A program made the translations under genes and the position numbers. From Vitrella brassicaformis CCMP3155 (lineage: Eukaryota > Protista > Chromerida), in the NCBI GenBank assembly GCA_001179505.1, contig CDMY01000291.1, forward strand, positions 1 to 64,000: a stretch of DNA of 64,000 nt, written 5' to 3'. The notes under the pieces were generated by a model that saw only the letters and a program-made list of their open reading frames with translations, made no database searches and was not told the origin of the DNA. Of this stretch, positions 12,469-24,933 are shown in pieces (within the stretch, counting starts at the first letter, position 1; every line of letters starts with the position of its first letter).

Positions 12469-12709
12469 CTTTCTGTGGCTGCTGGCGGCTTTGGCGGACT
12501 AGAGCCGGCGTGAAACATAGCGCGAGCATGCAACCCCCGAAAGCGAAACAAAAGTCACATGCACATCTGTCTTCTTGGCTTTCATGGCGCAGATCTGTCG
12601 CTCCTGCCGCTCTCTCCGACGAGTCTCCTGACAGGGCTGTGTTTACAGAACTTTCTCGCCGTAAAACGCGAGTGCTGGGAGGGGCCTTCCGCCCTTGCGT
12701 GCCCTCAGA

Positions 12710-13432
12710 ATGAAGTTGGTGGTCGTTATCGTGGCCCTCCTCATCGGCCTTTCGTCGTCATGGCGCGTCCAGCCAAGGATGCTCAATGCATTCGGCCTGC
12801 CTGCAAAGAAACCCATCGGGGAGGTGGGCAAGTACGCCAGCCCGTACCAGCAGGTCAGTTGAAGGCGGATAATGAGCAGAAGAGCTCCCCGTATGGGCGT
12901 GACGTGCATGTGCGCTGTGTCTGCGTGTCGTCAGGCGAATCCCGTGAATGCATATGTGCCGAAGGGAATGACGCTTGAGCAGTTCAATGCCATCCAGCAG
13001 CAGGTGTTTCAAAAACGCACACGCACACAGACGTACACGCACGTCCATGCCGAGAGCCCCACACATGTGATGTACCCATGCACCTATGTGTCATTGCACA
13101 GGACGTGCAAAAGATCCAGGACAGCAAGGACTACTGGAAGACCAAGTACGGCACATCTGAGGTATGTATGGGTCATGGAGGGTGCGTGCCCACAAAGGGT
13201 ACATCAATCACACAACAAGAATGGAGGCGAATCCTGCGTCCTTTGCGTTACATGCAGCCCTTGGCTGAGTGGCTCATCAAGCGTGAGAAGAAGTACCCTG
13301 GGCAGCCGAAAGCGGTAGGACGGAAGGAGGGGTCCGCAAAATCGTAGGCGTGACGTTATGGATCATGAGTCTGTGTGTCGTCTGTTGCAGGGGCATCGCT
13401 ACGTGAAGTCTACATACGTGCCGCCCTCATAG
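12710..13432 (+). CDS. Small putative plastid-targeted protein of unknown function (5 exons)
   Basis: Signal MKLVVVIVALLIGLSSS followed by W at +1. Spliced core YVPKGMTLEQFNAIQQQ-DVQKIQDSKDYWKTKYGTSE-PLAEWLIKREKKYPGQPKA-GHRYVKSTYVPPS*. From memory it resembles an unnamed red-lineage algal family (not verified). Confidence 0.7.
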
Positions 13433-14078
13433 GACTGTGCGGTCGGTGTGTGCATGAGGTGAGTCCCCGCTGCTACAGCGAGCAGTGATGTGATCCCACT
13501 CGTCGATGCCTTCGCTTCGCTATCGGTCTCATGGGAGGACTTGATTCTTTCTCCGTTGTCCGAGCATGTATCCTTTGCTCACTCACACACGTCGGACTGT
13601 TTGTGAAGTGTATGTGCGCTGCTTGAGCTCATTTGCGAGCTGCATGTGGATCCCATGTTGATGGACTCGCTTGCTTTGGGGGAGAGAAGCGCCACGTCAG
13701 AGTACAGTTTTTGTGTGCACATCAAAGGGGATTTTTCCTTACACCGATGGGTCGCGCAACTCGTGTAGACGTTCTCTGTGAGTGAGTGTTGGCACGCGTC
13801 TTGCATTGATGACCGGCATCCATACTCAGAATGACTGCTTGTGAGACCCCATCCCAGCAGAAAATCAGCCACCAAACAATTTCCAGTCGGCAGCGACTTC
13901 TCCTCCCAAGAGGGGTGTGTGCATCTATCAACTTTGTCCACACAAAGTCAAAACAAGCGCACCGCAATTTTCTGTCCGCGGCACATCTTCAGCTGAGGAG
14001 GCTCCAGTCGACTTGTCAGCATCACGGCTCCATTCCGAGTCCACCGCAGGCGGCCCGGCCCTCACGGCCCGTACTCGC

Positions 14079-14820
14079 GGCCCGTACTCGGCCAAGCTGA
14101 GCCACCTTGATTCATTGATGTTCACAGAGCAAGAGAAAACAAACCTTTCATTCGCGCATACGTGTGGTGGTCTCATGCCGACCGATGACACACCCTAATG
14201 TCCAGAGAAACTCCGGCCGTGAAACGGTTGCGAAAGGGAAATATGAGCAATTTCCCCTGGCTTTCTTTTGGTGAAGGAAGCCAGAGGCCATTCAGCCCAT
14301 CAGGTCGCGCAGCTTTCTCTGCTTTACATGCTGCCAGGACAGCCAGCCCCCATCGTGTCTCACATTGCTGCTGGCCGGCCATTCAATCAGCCATTGAGTG
14401 GAATCCCACAGTGATGTTCAGTACGGAGTGAAATTCAGGGGCACCGGCAAGGCAGAGACAGCTCATCTACAGGTAAAGCTGCGCTGACAGGCGGTCCGAT
14501 ACGGCACAGAAATTTCCCTCTTTGCAGACCGCTGAGGTTAATTTGTTGGGGTGTGTGGTGTGCCCTCAGTGAAGTGTTTGTTGTCGGCTCGGTCTGCAGT
14601 GCCCTTTCGCACACACTGTGCATGGGCGCGACGAATACATTTCGGTCGACGGGAGACCATGCACCAAAGCCATTCATCGTATAAAAACGAAGAGGAGCCT
14701 GCAAGTCCGTGAGGGCAACCGGCGACAAACAACCGGCCTAATTCGTTCTTTCAGTCGCTTTCCGGCTGGATGATATGTACTTATGCACAGGGCAGTGTAC
14801 AAATGCATACAGAACCGTTA
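14079..14820 (+). repeat. ~740 bp dispersed repeat, copy 1; carries a CCCH exon relic
   Basis: Colinear and highly similar to 27677-28409. Its 14320-14515 part matches the reverse complement of 58385-58576. Positions 14570-14645 encode CRLGLQCPFAH with a 1-nt insertion upstream. Confidence 0.9.
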
Positions 14821-15117
14821 AAGGTTACATCCAAGCAAGGCATGTCGTGCAGAGGCGGGCCGATTTTTTTATTGTCATACAGCGCGTGCAAACGTTCTCT
14901 ATGATCAGAGTCCGCCATAAAGCAAGATACAACCGATACATAGAAAACTACACACCTTCGCACTGTTCGTTCTAGAATGCAAGGACACACTTGCGTAGCA
15001 GCTACCCATCAGACGGCATCCTGCGCACTCGCCCACTTACGCACCCCATGGGGACCGACATACAACCAACACCGAGCAACCTACCCAAACCGAAGAACCC
15101 ATCCATAATACACGCTT

Positions 15118-15575
15118 AAGGGTGCCCAGGGTACTTCTTCTCACGCTTGATGAGCCACTCAGCCAAGGGCTGCATGTAATGCAATGGACGCAGGATTCAC
15201 CTCCATTCTTATTGTGTGATCGATGTACCCTTTGTGGGCACGCACCCTCCATGACCCATACATACCTCAGATGTGCCGTACTTGGTCTTCCAGTAGTCCT
15301 TGCTGTCCTGGATCTTTTGCACGTCCTGTGCAATGACACACAGGTGCATGGGTACATCACATGTGTGGGGCTCTCGGCATGGACGTGCGTGTACGTCTGT
15401 GTGCGTGTGCGTTTTTGAAACACCTGCTGCTGGATGGCATTGAACTGCTCAAGCGTCATTCCCTTCGGCACATATGCATTCACGGGATTCGCCTGACGAC
15501 ACGCAGACACAGCGCACATGCACGTCACGCCCAAACGGAGAGCTCTTCTCCTCATTCTCCGCCTTTGGCTGACCT
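15118..15575 (-). pseudogene. Inverted, intron-containing partial duplicate of the 12710-13432 gene
   Basis: Near-identical to ~12850-13300, introns included. It lacks the signal-peptide exon (a (CGCTT)n tract lies upstream at ~15599-15634) and ends KYPGHP* without the last exon. Confidence 0.85.
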
Positions 15576-16214
15576 TGTTGACCTTCTGCTTCAAGCTCTT
15601 CGCTTCGCTTCGCTTCGCTTCGCTTCGCTTCGCTCCGCACTTTTGATGGGGTGCCGAGGTTTTTCAACCATCGACAGAAAAGACATCCATGCGCTGATTG
15701 TTGGGGTCACGCCGAGCGAAAGTAGAGGGATCATCTCACACGGGATGCCGACCTCCGCCAGAGAATGAGTGCCTAAGGATCCGCTGGCCGGCAGCGAAAG
15801 CAAAGGACAAAGATTGGCGCTGAAATCATCCTCCTCCATCTGGATGAAATCACGCTTCGTGGGGTGGCGCTCCTCCGTCGCTAACGCCGTCGCTGCCGTG
15901 CCCGCCGTCCTCTGCGCTGCATCGTTGCTCCGCTCTCAGCCGCGGTGAGCAGGTGTCTGAGCCGAGGAGTCGCCTGGGAATCGCTGCCACCTCCTCAGTC
16001 CGTCAGTCCATCGCAGGGAGCGTGAAGGTTGTAATCGCACGAACGCGACCATAGATTTCGAGGGGTCGGTGAGAGCGAATTAAATACTGGTATTTCGGTT
16101 CTCATCGTTTCGCGCGATAATGCGCTCTACATCGTGAGGCGGCGTACCCGGCGTCCTGCTCTCCCGTCCCTTTGCTCATCTGCTCACTCATCTTCGCCGA
16201 CATCGTCAGACGTC

Positions 16215-17575
16215 ATGCCCAAGGACCGCGTCAAGGAGCTGGCGAAGCTTGCTGACCCCCTGAAGGAAGGCAAGGCACGCAGGAAGTATGAGGGAGAGGA
16301 GCGAGGCGTGGTCTACATCGGCCATTTGCCCTTCGGCCTCTTCGAGCCTCAGCTCAAGAAGTTCCTCTCGCAGTTCGGCAAGATCACGCGGCTGAAGGTG
16401 CCGAGATCTGTCAAGGTGACAAAGGAGAGCAGCAAAGGATGCACGAAGGACATGGTGCATGCCCTTCACTTTTCGTGCAGACGGGTCGTCCGAAGGGCTA
16501 TGCTTTCGTGGAGTTTGAGGTCAAGGAGGTGGCTGAGATCGTCGCCAAGACAATGGACCGATACATGATGTTCGACAAGGTCCTAAACGCAAAGCTCGTG
16601 CCCGACGACAGAGTCCATGAAAGTGAGAAAGAGGCAAAAATGAATGTGTGACATACGTTAACTCATAGCGCAACGGCAGGCAGAGTCTGTCGGTCTCTCA
16701 TGAATGAATCCCCAGTGATCCTGACGAAGTCAGAATGGCGTCGCTGTCGGTGTTGGTTGTTCAGGGATGTTCGCCAACTGGAATCGTCGCTTTGTCAAGA
16801 TCCCTCGGCAAAAGCTCGAGATGGAACGACACAACAAGAGCAGTAAGCAAGGGGGGCGGCCGAGCCGGCATTCTAAACCTTCGCACTGTGATCTCCCTTT
16901 TGTATCCTGTGTCCATGCGTTTGCATGACATAATCAGCGGAGGTTCCCAGTGAGAGCTGCCTGCTCAGACGTCTCAAGGCAGCCAAGAATAAAGCCCAGC
17001 AGCTCAAGCAGCTTGGCATCCAATACGACATTGATCAATTTGTGCCGGTCAGTCTGCCTGCAACCACACAGCGATGACAGTGGTGTCCATGTACGCATTT
17101 CTGTGCCCGCTGATTTCTTCAGGACGAGTCGACTGCTGCCGAGGCAGCCCAAGAGCTGTTCGAGCGCGCCAAGGTCAAGAAAGAGAACAGGAAGGAAGCG
17201 CAGAGAGCACTCATGGCGGAGAAGCGGTCCCAGCAGAGGCAGCGAAGCAAGGAGAACAAGAGAAAGAGGCAGAGCGAAGCAGCTGCGGTCATTGATGTCG
17301 ACGAGGCTCCTGAGGCACTGACCAAGCCCAAGAAGGAGTCAACCAGCAACGTCAAGAAAGAGGCAACGGCAGACGGGCACGCGGAACGCAAGAAGAAGGT
17401 CAGTCGGAAGACCGCCTCGGATGCAGCTGACAGTACTGTCGGCAAGAAGCGAAAGGCGTCAGGTGACGCGACGAGAGAGGCAGACGCGGCAAAGGCAAGC
17501 AAGAAGGGAAAGGGGTTGGCTGACAAGGCGGCACAGAAAGTGGAGAGGAAGAAGGGAAACTCTAGTAGGGGTTAG
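16215..17575 (+). CDS. NIFK: Nucleolar RRM protein of the NIFK/Nop15 family (60S biogenesis)
   Basis: GVVYIGHLPFGLFEPQLKKFLSQFGKITRLKVPRSVK-TGRPKGYAFVEFEVKEVAEIVAKTMDRYMMFDKVL, with a K-rich C-terminus. Confidence 0.88.
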
Positions 17576-17832
17576 TGAGCGCCTGACATGACAGGTGCAC
17601 AGACAAACGACTGAAGGGATAGTGGTCATATTGCCGAAGAGCTTCATTCGATTATATCAAGGTCACGAATGAATGACGTCCAAACGAACCACTGCATACG
17701 CATTCAACGCTCACGACGATCATGTCACAGAACACCTCATGGCGCAGGCTCTACGATTGCGTCATTCCTCGACAGGCCCTGCCAGGCCCTCAAAGCGAAC
17801 GGCACTCTACATAACCACCCCACTGCTCCTGT

Positions 17833-18280
17833 CTACTTGGGCGGCGGCTTGACGAACACGCCGCCCTGTCCGTATGCGGCAGCTGACAGCTCTGCAGCGT
17901 ACTTGGCCTCGTAGGCGCCGAAGGTGTAATAGCCGCAGAAGAAAAACACCAGGAAGGGGTAGAAGAAAATGCCATAGAACTGCGCGGGGGAGTGCGTCCA
18001 CGATACAGGGCTGCCATACCAGTTGCTGCACACAACACAAACAACCAAATCACACACAGATCAGAGAGGTGCAGGCCCTTTGGTGTGACGGCATCTTCCC
18101 CTTTGCTTCTCTCACAGCGTACCGCATCCAGAATTTGTTGACCTCCTCGCCCAGCAGCTTGACGCCGCCGCCCCACGCCTGCTCCACTGTCACGCCTTCA
18201 CAGCTGGCCCATGTCCTTCGCCAGAAATTTGGAGAGATCAGCGACGCCAAGCCGCCCGCAACCCTCCACGCAGTTTCCAT
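17833..18280 (-). CDS. Mitochondrial ATP synthase subunit f, myzozoan type (2 exons)
   Basis: ISPNFWRRTWASCEG..., one TM segment and C-terminal AAELSAAAYGQGGVFVKPPPK. This resembles my recollection of Toxoplasma subunit f (AAAYGQGG motif); it was not database-checked. Confidence 0.65.
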
Positions 18281-18349
18281 CGGCTGCCTGACGAGGGAGC
18301 TTTAAGCCTCTTTCTCACCCTCAATCTGAGCTCGCCGAGTGCAGGCGGC

Positions 18350-18377
18350 CTAGGGCTTCGTGAAACCGCTGCTGCTC
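18350..18377 (-). promoter_or_regulatory. Recurrent promoter motif, copy 2 (between head-to-head ATP synthase f and C2H2-like genes)
   Basis: The reverse complement reads gagcagcagcggtttcacgaagccctag. The first 17 nt are identical to the 9655-9671 context and it ends in the same ccctag. Confidence 0.55.
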
Positions 18378-18507
18378 CGTATTCCTCTCCTTCTTCCCTC
18401 CCTCGCCTAGCTGTTCAAGAGGGAAGGTATGCTCCAGTGACGCACACATGAGCGCTCTGCGATTGGATCTGTGCGCTCTTTTTCGTTCAGCTGTTGAGAG
18501 TCATCGC

Positions 18508-20350
18508 ATGGAGGACGAGTGTTCCGCGTTGGAGGGAAACCCCATTGGGCCGGTGAGGAAGACGCCACGATTGCCACACGACGATGTGCATCTGCTTGCC
18601 TTCGTTGACTCGTCAGGCACACGATAGACTGGTCGCCTTGCCTCAGTCTGAGATGGAAGGTATGAAGCAAGAAACAGGCGCCCTGCGTCACGTGATTCAT
18701 CCATTACGTGTGCGTGAATGCATCCATGCAGGTGCGGACCTGGGTGCGTCGAGCCCACCAGGTTCATGCCTGATGACGCCCAGCGCATCGCGAAGTTCCG
18801 ACCCTCCCCTGCCCGGCTCTGTTGGCTGCGGCTATGCACCGAGTGGGGTTGGTATCCCCTTGAACAACACTCTGGACAACGATTCGGGCAACGATCTGCA
18901 GCTGTCATCCAACCTAGAGGTGGGTGGGTGACAAGACTGAGTAGACCTGACGGGGTGCATTATAGCTGATGGCTGTCTGTGTACAGCTCTCCCAGGAATG
19001 GAGATGGCAGAGCACAGATGAGTTGTACGGAGCGACCGACGAGCAAGGTAGGGGATCCAGAGGGACTATGCCTGCCTGGACCCACTATTCGTTGTATGTC
19101 AACAGACGCCCTGATGGGCCCGTCGTTCTGGGAGGGGCTCCATCCACCGATTCCCTACACCACCGTGCGCACTCGTGGGCGGCTTTTTGAGGCGTTTAGT
19201 GGGGCTGTCTTCCCTTCGCTCAATCAACAGGTGGGTCGGCGGGCTACATGTGAGTGAAGCGACGCTAATTAATGGCTGTGCGAATGTTGGCCTTATGCAG
19301 AGCTGTGACGGTGTTGCGGCCCCTCCTGCCGCAAGCACTCCCGCGTCGGCGCCATCTGGAGACTTTCCACTCATCCCTTCGCCGAGTGGACCCCATCCGC
19401 CCAGCCAGCATACCACTCAGATGCCACCTGCTGCATCGAATGCTGCAACAGTTGAAGGTAAGTGCGCGACACGACTGACTGCTTCCAGTTTGTCGTCATT
19501 GGTGCTCCTGCTGCCTTTTTTTGTCAGTGTCCATTCTGGCCATGCTCCGAGAGAAGTGGCCAGCTCTGAAGCTCGACAGGCGCAGCTCGACTTCACGCGT
19601 GGACCCCAAGGACAGCAAGGCGGCTCCCGAGGACTGCCAGATGTGGCTCGTCTGGGTGGGAGGTGAGTTCCCTCCCGGGTGGGAGGGGTGGCGGTTCGCG
19701 CTCTTGCCCGCCGACATCGACCAAGACAAACGAGACCGCGGCGAGCTCAGGACGTGGTACCGCAGACTCGATTTCCGCCCGCCTGCCGCTCTAGGGCAAG
19801 GGGACTCTGACTACGATCGGCGGTGCTGCGTTCGGGCATACTTCAACGGCAAGCTCATGCACGTCATCCCGTATCAACCCGTCAACAGGGACAGCACCGA
19901 GAAAATCGCCTGCACGTGCCTGTTCCGCTATGATGACGGCACCCTGTGCGGCTTCCAGTCCACGTACAAGAAGATCAGACATTCCCACCTCGCGAAGACT
20001 CATGGGCTGCGCCCCAAGATCGTCAAAACAAAGGTCAGAGAATACACCTGTCACAAGCAGGCCTAAACCCTCTGATGCACTGCGTGCTCCTGCGTGTCTG
20101 TGCATGTCTGCAGGGTCTGGGTGCTGGTCCGACCAAGTGCAAGAAGAGGGGCGCTGGCAAGAAGAGAAACGCGGACAAGGACGGTGCGGTTCAGGACTCT
20201 CTCGCATCGCAGGGTAAAGAGCTGACTGTCAACGACGCGGCTACATTGCATCGCTTGATGTGCATTCACAGGGTCTGCTTGAGCGGTCAAGAACGCCAGA
20301 AGGCCCAAAGACGAGGGATGCTGATCTGTGTGAAGCGCAAGTGTACATGA
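18508..20350 (+). CDS. Hypothetical multi-exon protein with one C2H2-like zinc finger; ends uncertain
   Basis: The long exon 19521-20040 contains CLFRYDDGTLCGFQSTYKKIRHSHLAKTH (C-x9-C-x12-H-x4-H). Flanking Pro/Ser-rich exons have GT-AG sites. Confidence 0.5.
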
Positions 20351-20938
20351 CTCGTGTGTGCTGTGGATGGGTTGGCGCTCTCCCGATTTTTGAGAGGCTG
20401 CTGGGAGAGAGTGCATGGGTTTTGGTTGGTCTGCTCTTACACCAATACATGGTGTAATGCTTTTTTTCTGCCCATGCCTTGTACTATATTTTCTGTTCGC
20501 AGTGAGTCAATGGCAGATGTGCGGTTGTCTCAATGGCTCAGCAGACGCGCCTGCCATGTCTGCGCCGCGAGAGAGAGGAATGGTGACCTGAGTGTACGTG
20601 GAATGAATGGGACGGCGAGTGCCTTTCCTTTAACTGTCTACGCGCGATTGTTGTTTTCTGTATGTGTCCATGCGATTGTGATGCCGATGCAATGCGTCGA
20701 TGGGCATATGTACACCGATACATATATACATACATAAATATATATATATATATGCATACAAACACACGCATGCGCATACGTATACGCATACGTATCTGCC
20801 TGCCTTTATTTCCATGCATGCGTCGGTTTTTTATGGACTTACCTGCAGATGTGTGTCGTGTGACTGGTGGAAGCACAAAAGTGGCGCAGGCAGGCAGGCA
20901 GAGAGGCACTGTGTATGCGTCGTGCTGCGTGTCAAGGT

Positions 20939-21024
20939 GAGGGAGGGGAGATCAGGGTGATGATTCATCAGCGCCAGAGTGTGATATCGACTGTGAAGTG
21001 GATTTAAAAATGTAAAATGTACGG
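20939..21024 (-). repeat. Short dispersed repeat, copy B (see 3165-3227)
   Basis: Reverse-complement match to 3165-3227. Confidence 0.75.
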
Positions 21025-21626
21025 ATTGCACCTTTTGTTTTTGCATGAGTTTGTTAATCAGCCTTCTACCCGGATCTTCTCGGCGGGCTGATCCAGCTCG
21101 GGCTGGCCTGATGTGATGGTGCATGGATGGATGTCATGTTTGTGCCCTTGTGTGTGGATGTTTCCTTCTCGCTTCTCACTCATGGAATGGCTGGCATAGT
21201 CACGAGGGACCACGCCCTTCACTTGCTTTGAATGGAGGCTGAGGGGCTGGGCTGTCATGTCTTCACTGCGTGAGAGCGGCAATGGAGAGCGTTGATGTGA
21301 GCTCTTCGCAGCCTGCGGCATTTTTTTGCATTCTTGGCTCCATTTTTTGATGATCACGCACCGCTTGAATCCAAATCGTGTTGTAGGTCGCTACATGAGT
21401 ACACAGAAGACAGAGACACACGCTTTCACAGAAGCAAAAGTCGTGTACGGGAGTGAACGAAGGAACCAATGAAGCAGATTGTGTGGCTGATGCGGGAAGC
21501 AGAAAGACAAGAAAGACACTGGTGCAGATGCGCAGACTTTCGCGCTGCGCGTTTGTGCCGAACGAACGGAAAAACGGAGCCCTAACGCACTGCCAAAGGC
21601 GACTCAGAGGAGGCGACTCAGAGGAA

Positions 21627-24408
21627 ATGGCGAGCCATTTCATCCCTCACTTTGGCCGCACGAGATATCTGCAGTTCCTGACGAAATACGTGAGGCCGCA
21701 AGTGTCCAATGTGTTCGTGTGCAGCGGTCCCAAGAGCATCGGGTAAGAGAAGCTGACCAAGTACACCGCACTACAAAGCCAACGACTGTCCCCTCCTGTA
21801 TCTCGTCAGCAAGTCACGAATTCTCATGGTGGCCCAGGACAGATTCCTGAGCGAAGGTGAACGGAGGAAGGCTGCACGCGGCAGAGGATGAAGCTTGGTG
21901 TGTGTGCGTGTGCTCAGGCCATGCTGTGATAACTGTCGACTTGAAGTCGTGCGACGGGACTTTCCGTCACTTCATCCACTTGTTTCGGGCCGGCATCTCG
22001 CGAGCAATACAGAACAACGCCGAGGTGCGATAGGCCAAGGAGCAGCTGGCAGCGACAGATCTCTCCTTTCTCCTGCGTATTGCTTCAGGCGTTACGCCAG
22101 ACCAAGACGTCCACTCTTGTCCGGTCGTTCAAGAATGCCTTCTCCATGATGATCATTGAGGTGGGTGAGGAGAAGACGCCCGCAACGGATCCAGCATCCC
22201 ATGCGCGTTGTATGCGTTGCTTGTATGTGTGTGGTTGTCATCAGGAGATCACGCTTGTCGAGTTCCTGAAGACCCTGGTTCGACTGGTCCGGTGGAAGAT
22301 GGGGATATCCACAAGAGGCGACCTGAGCTTCTTCCGCAGGACATGGGTGTCTGAACTCAGCCACAGCCAAAGATTCGCACCAGACGTACAACACAGGATT
22401 AGAGTGGATCAGTGAAAGCGTCTTATCGTCTCTGTTTCTGTCTGTCTTTGGCTCACTCAGACCGGCCTCGGTTTGTTCCAGCGTGGCATGCTGTTGACGC
22501 TTCACGACAGTCTGATGGACAAGAATCTCGGCGTTGGCCAGGTGGCCTCCATATTCGACATCATTGACAAGGTCGACTTTGACGGCATTCTGTTACTGCT
22601 GCACCTGCAAAGCATCTACCCGAGAGCGAGAAATGCCATCGAGGAGGACCAAAGAAAATTCGAACAACTCACAAGCCACGTATTCAGGTAGACTGGCTGT
22701 CCGCCACGCTGCACGGCATCTCCTCTCATCTATCTCCGCTGTGTGTTGGTCGTTCAGCAATTTTCAGCGTCGCAAGCACTACTTTTCGACCACACCGACG
22801 ATCATTGAGGTGGCCGATAGCTTCCTCCATGCCATCGGGCCACGCTTCCTGCTCAGCGGTACGAAAGCGCAACGAGGAAGGATGCAGCGCTCGATGATTG
22901 GCAATATGCGTTGTGTTAGATCCTGAGTCGTTCGCTATCCATCGGTTGTGGCCTCTTGAGAAGTGAGCCAGCAGAAAACGCGACGGCGCGAATAAGCTTG
23001 CGTGCATTTGTGCAGGGATGAGAGCCTCGAATTGTTTCGGTGATCGATGCACGGACAGACGCGTGTGTACATACACAGATGTAGGACTGCGTTTCTCCCC
23101 ACTCGTTCAGTCAGCGTTTCTTCCCACTCATTCAGTCCAGAGACAAGAACAAGTGCGGACAATGCCGTAAGTAGGAAGCATGACGGGAAAGCGGTAGACA
23201 CTTCACGTATTTCGTGTGCGTTCTTTCTGTTGTCTCAGCGTTGTGGAGTGAAGAGAAGGGCTCTGAGGGCTGTCGTGCCATGAAGATCGACGGGCACATC
23301 GGCCACTACATCGGTAACAAAAGGTGGATAGACCGGCTGACGTCTTCAGGGTCTCTGTGCCATGGGTCCACATGCAGGTAACATCAGCGTAGGCGAGTGT
23401 TGGCGCAACATGGAGGGCGAGTCACCAACTGACGAGTCGTCATCACAAGCGGAGCCGGCAAGGAGGCCCACAGAGGCGTCCGACATTGCATACGCAAACG
23501 GCGACAATGGTCAGCACATATACGAGCGGGGCACATGCACCATGAGTGAGTATCCTTCTTCGTGTTTGTTTCAGCGGTGGAAAGGACTGTGCTAGCACAG
23601 CATGAGAAACTGTGGGCCCATACACAGGTATTACTATACTCATCTCAGCCACCCACAAGTCTGACGTGGGTTTGTGGCGCCTGTGTTGTGTTCATTCAGG
23701 GCCATCCTGGCAGCCTGTTCCAGATCCATCTTATGCTTCAAGATGGCCTGAGCCTCGACGAGGCGCTGGCGAAGGAAAGGTCTACGTATCAGATGCTGGT
23801 CAACATGGCATGTGACACCAATGCAAAGGTGAGACAGACGCAACAGAACCGCTCTTCTTCGCTTCGGAGTGTCTTCGTCTGCTGACTCTGTTGATAAGCT
23901 GGAGGTGCTGAAGCGATTCTTGCATGCGGATGCGTTCGTACTCGAGGGCAGCCAGGACGCACTCAAAGTCAGTCAACGTGGATGCCAAGCCCCAGCACGG
24001 CATGCCGATTGCCCATCACTTGCGTGTCTCTCTGCACAGGATTCCATCTACGAGCTGATCGAGCAGGGAATTCTCCAGTGGAATGGCTATGCTGTCTCGC
24101 CCGTGCACGCGCCCATGGCCACCGCTATCAAGTAACTAGCAAAACACAGCAAGAACTGATCAAACCAGGGACGAATACGCCTATCCGTGTTCAGAATGCA
24201 TGTCCAAGGAGGGTCCGATGTCCTGAACTTCTTCTTCTCGACGCCGCAAGCGGTAGATCTCGGCCCACTGGCCATCAACGGTGCAAACGGCGTCAGGACA
24301 GGCTTCGCCAGCACCAAGAGCGAAGACTCAACTGACGTTGATGCAGATGGCAGTGAATTGGACAGCGTGAGGGAGGAGGGGAAGAAACGTATCGGCGCTG
24401 ACACGTAG
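21627..24408 (+). CDS. P-loop NTPase, archaeal-ATPase/STAND-like; many exons
   Basis: Walker A is split by an intron: VFVCSGPKSIG-KS. A later GHPGSLFQIH gives a GxP-type motif, followed by a winged-helix-like YELIEQGILQW. Walker B was not clearly identified. Confidence 0.55.
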
Positions 24409-24933
24409 AGACAAGGGCAGGAAAGGAAATGGGTGCGTGCTTCGTACGAGTCCGAGCCTGTAGCTATGCTGTGGTGTTAGGCTGTGTTTCTCTGTGTTGT
24501 TACCATGCGAATGTTGGTACCCTCGCTGTGCATTTCTGTGCATTCTATTTGTGTCGATGCGTATGTGCGCCTGATTCCAGAGCGAAGCCAGGCATGTAGA
24601 GTACAGTGTGTGAGCGATGGGACTCTCCGATGGCATGCACACTCCCCCATCGATGGAGAAACCATGTGTGTGTACACAGCACGACATCAACCAGCGAAAA
24701 TCCAAAGAGAGCTCCCTCGTCTCACAACACTTGACAGCGGCAGGCTCAAGCAACATTTTTCCCCGATTGGATGGGTTGCTCATGGTTGAGTGGGAAAAAG
24801 CGCCACTTGAGCCAACTCTCTTAACATTCAATTCTCATGTCACACCTCCGATTCTCGAGTACTTCCTGCTTTCCACCACCGTTTTTCATGCGGCAGTCTT
24901 TGTCAGGAAACACGGAAAATCTAGGATGGCCCT

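Noticed and set aside
14079-14980. Calling the 740 bp repeat a Helitron or MITE
   Set aside because: No convincing TC start, hairpin plus CTRR end at an A/T site, TIRs or TSD could be identified by eye, so it is kept as an unclassified repeat.
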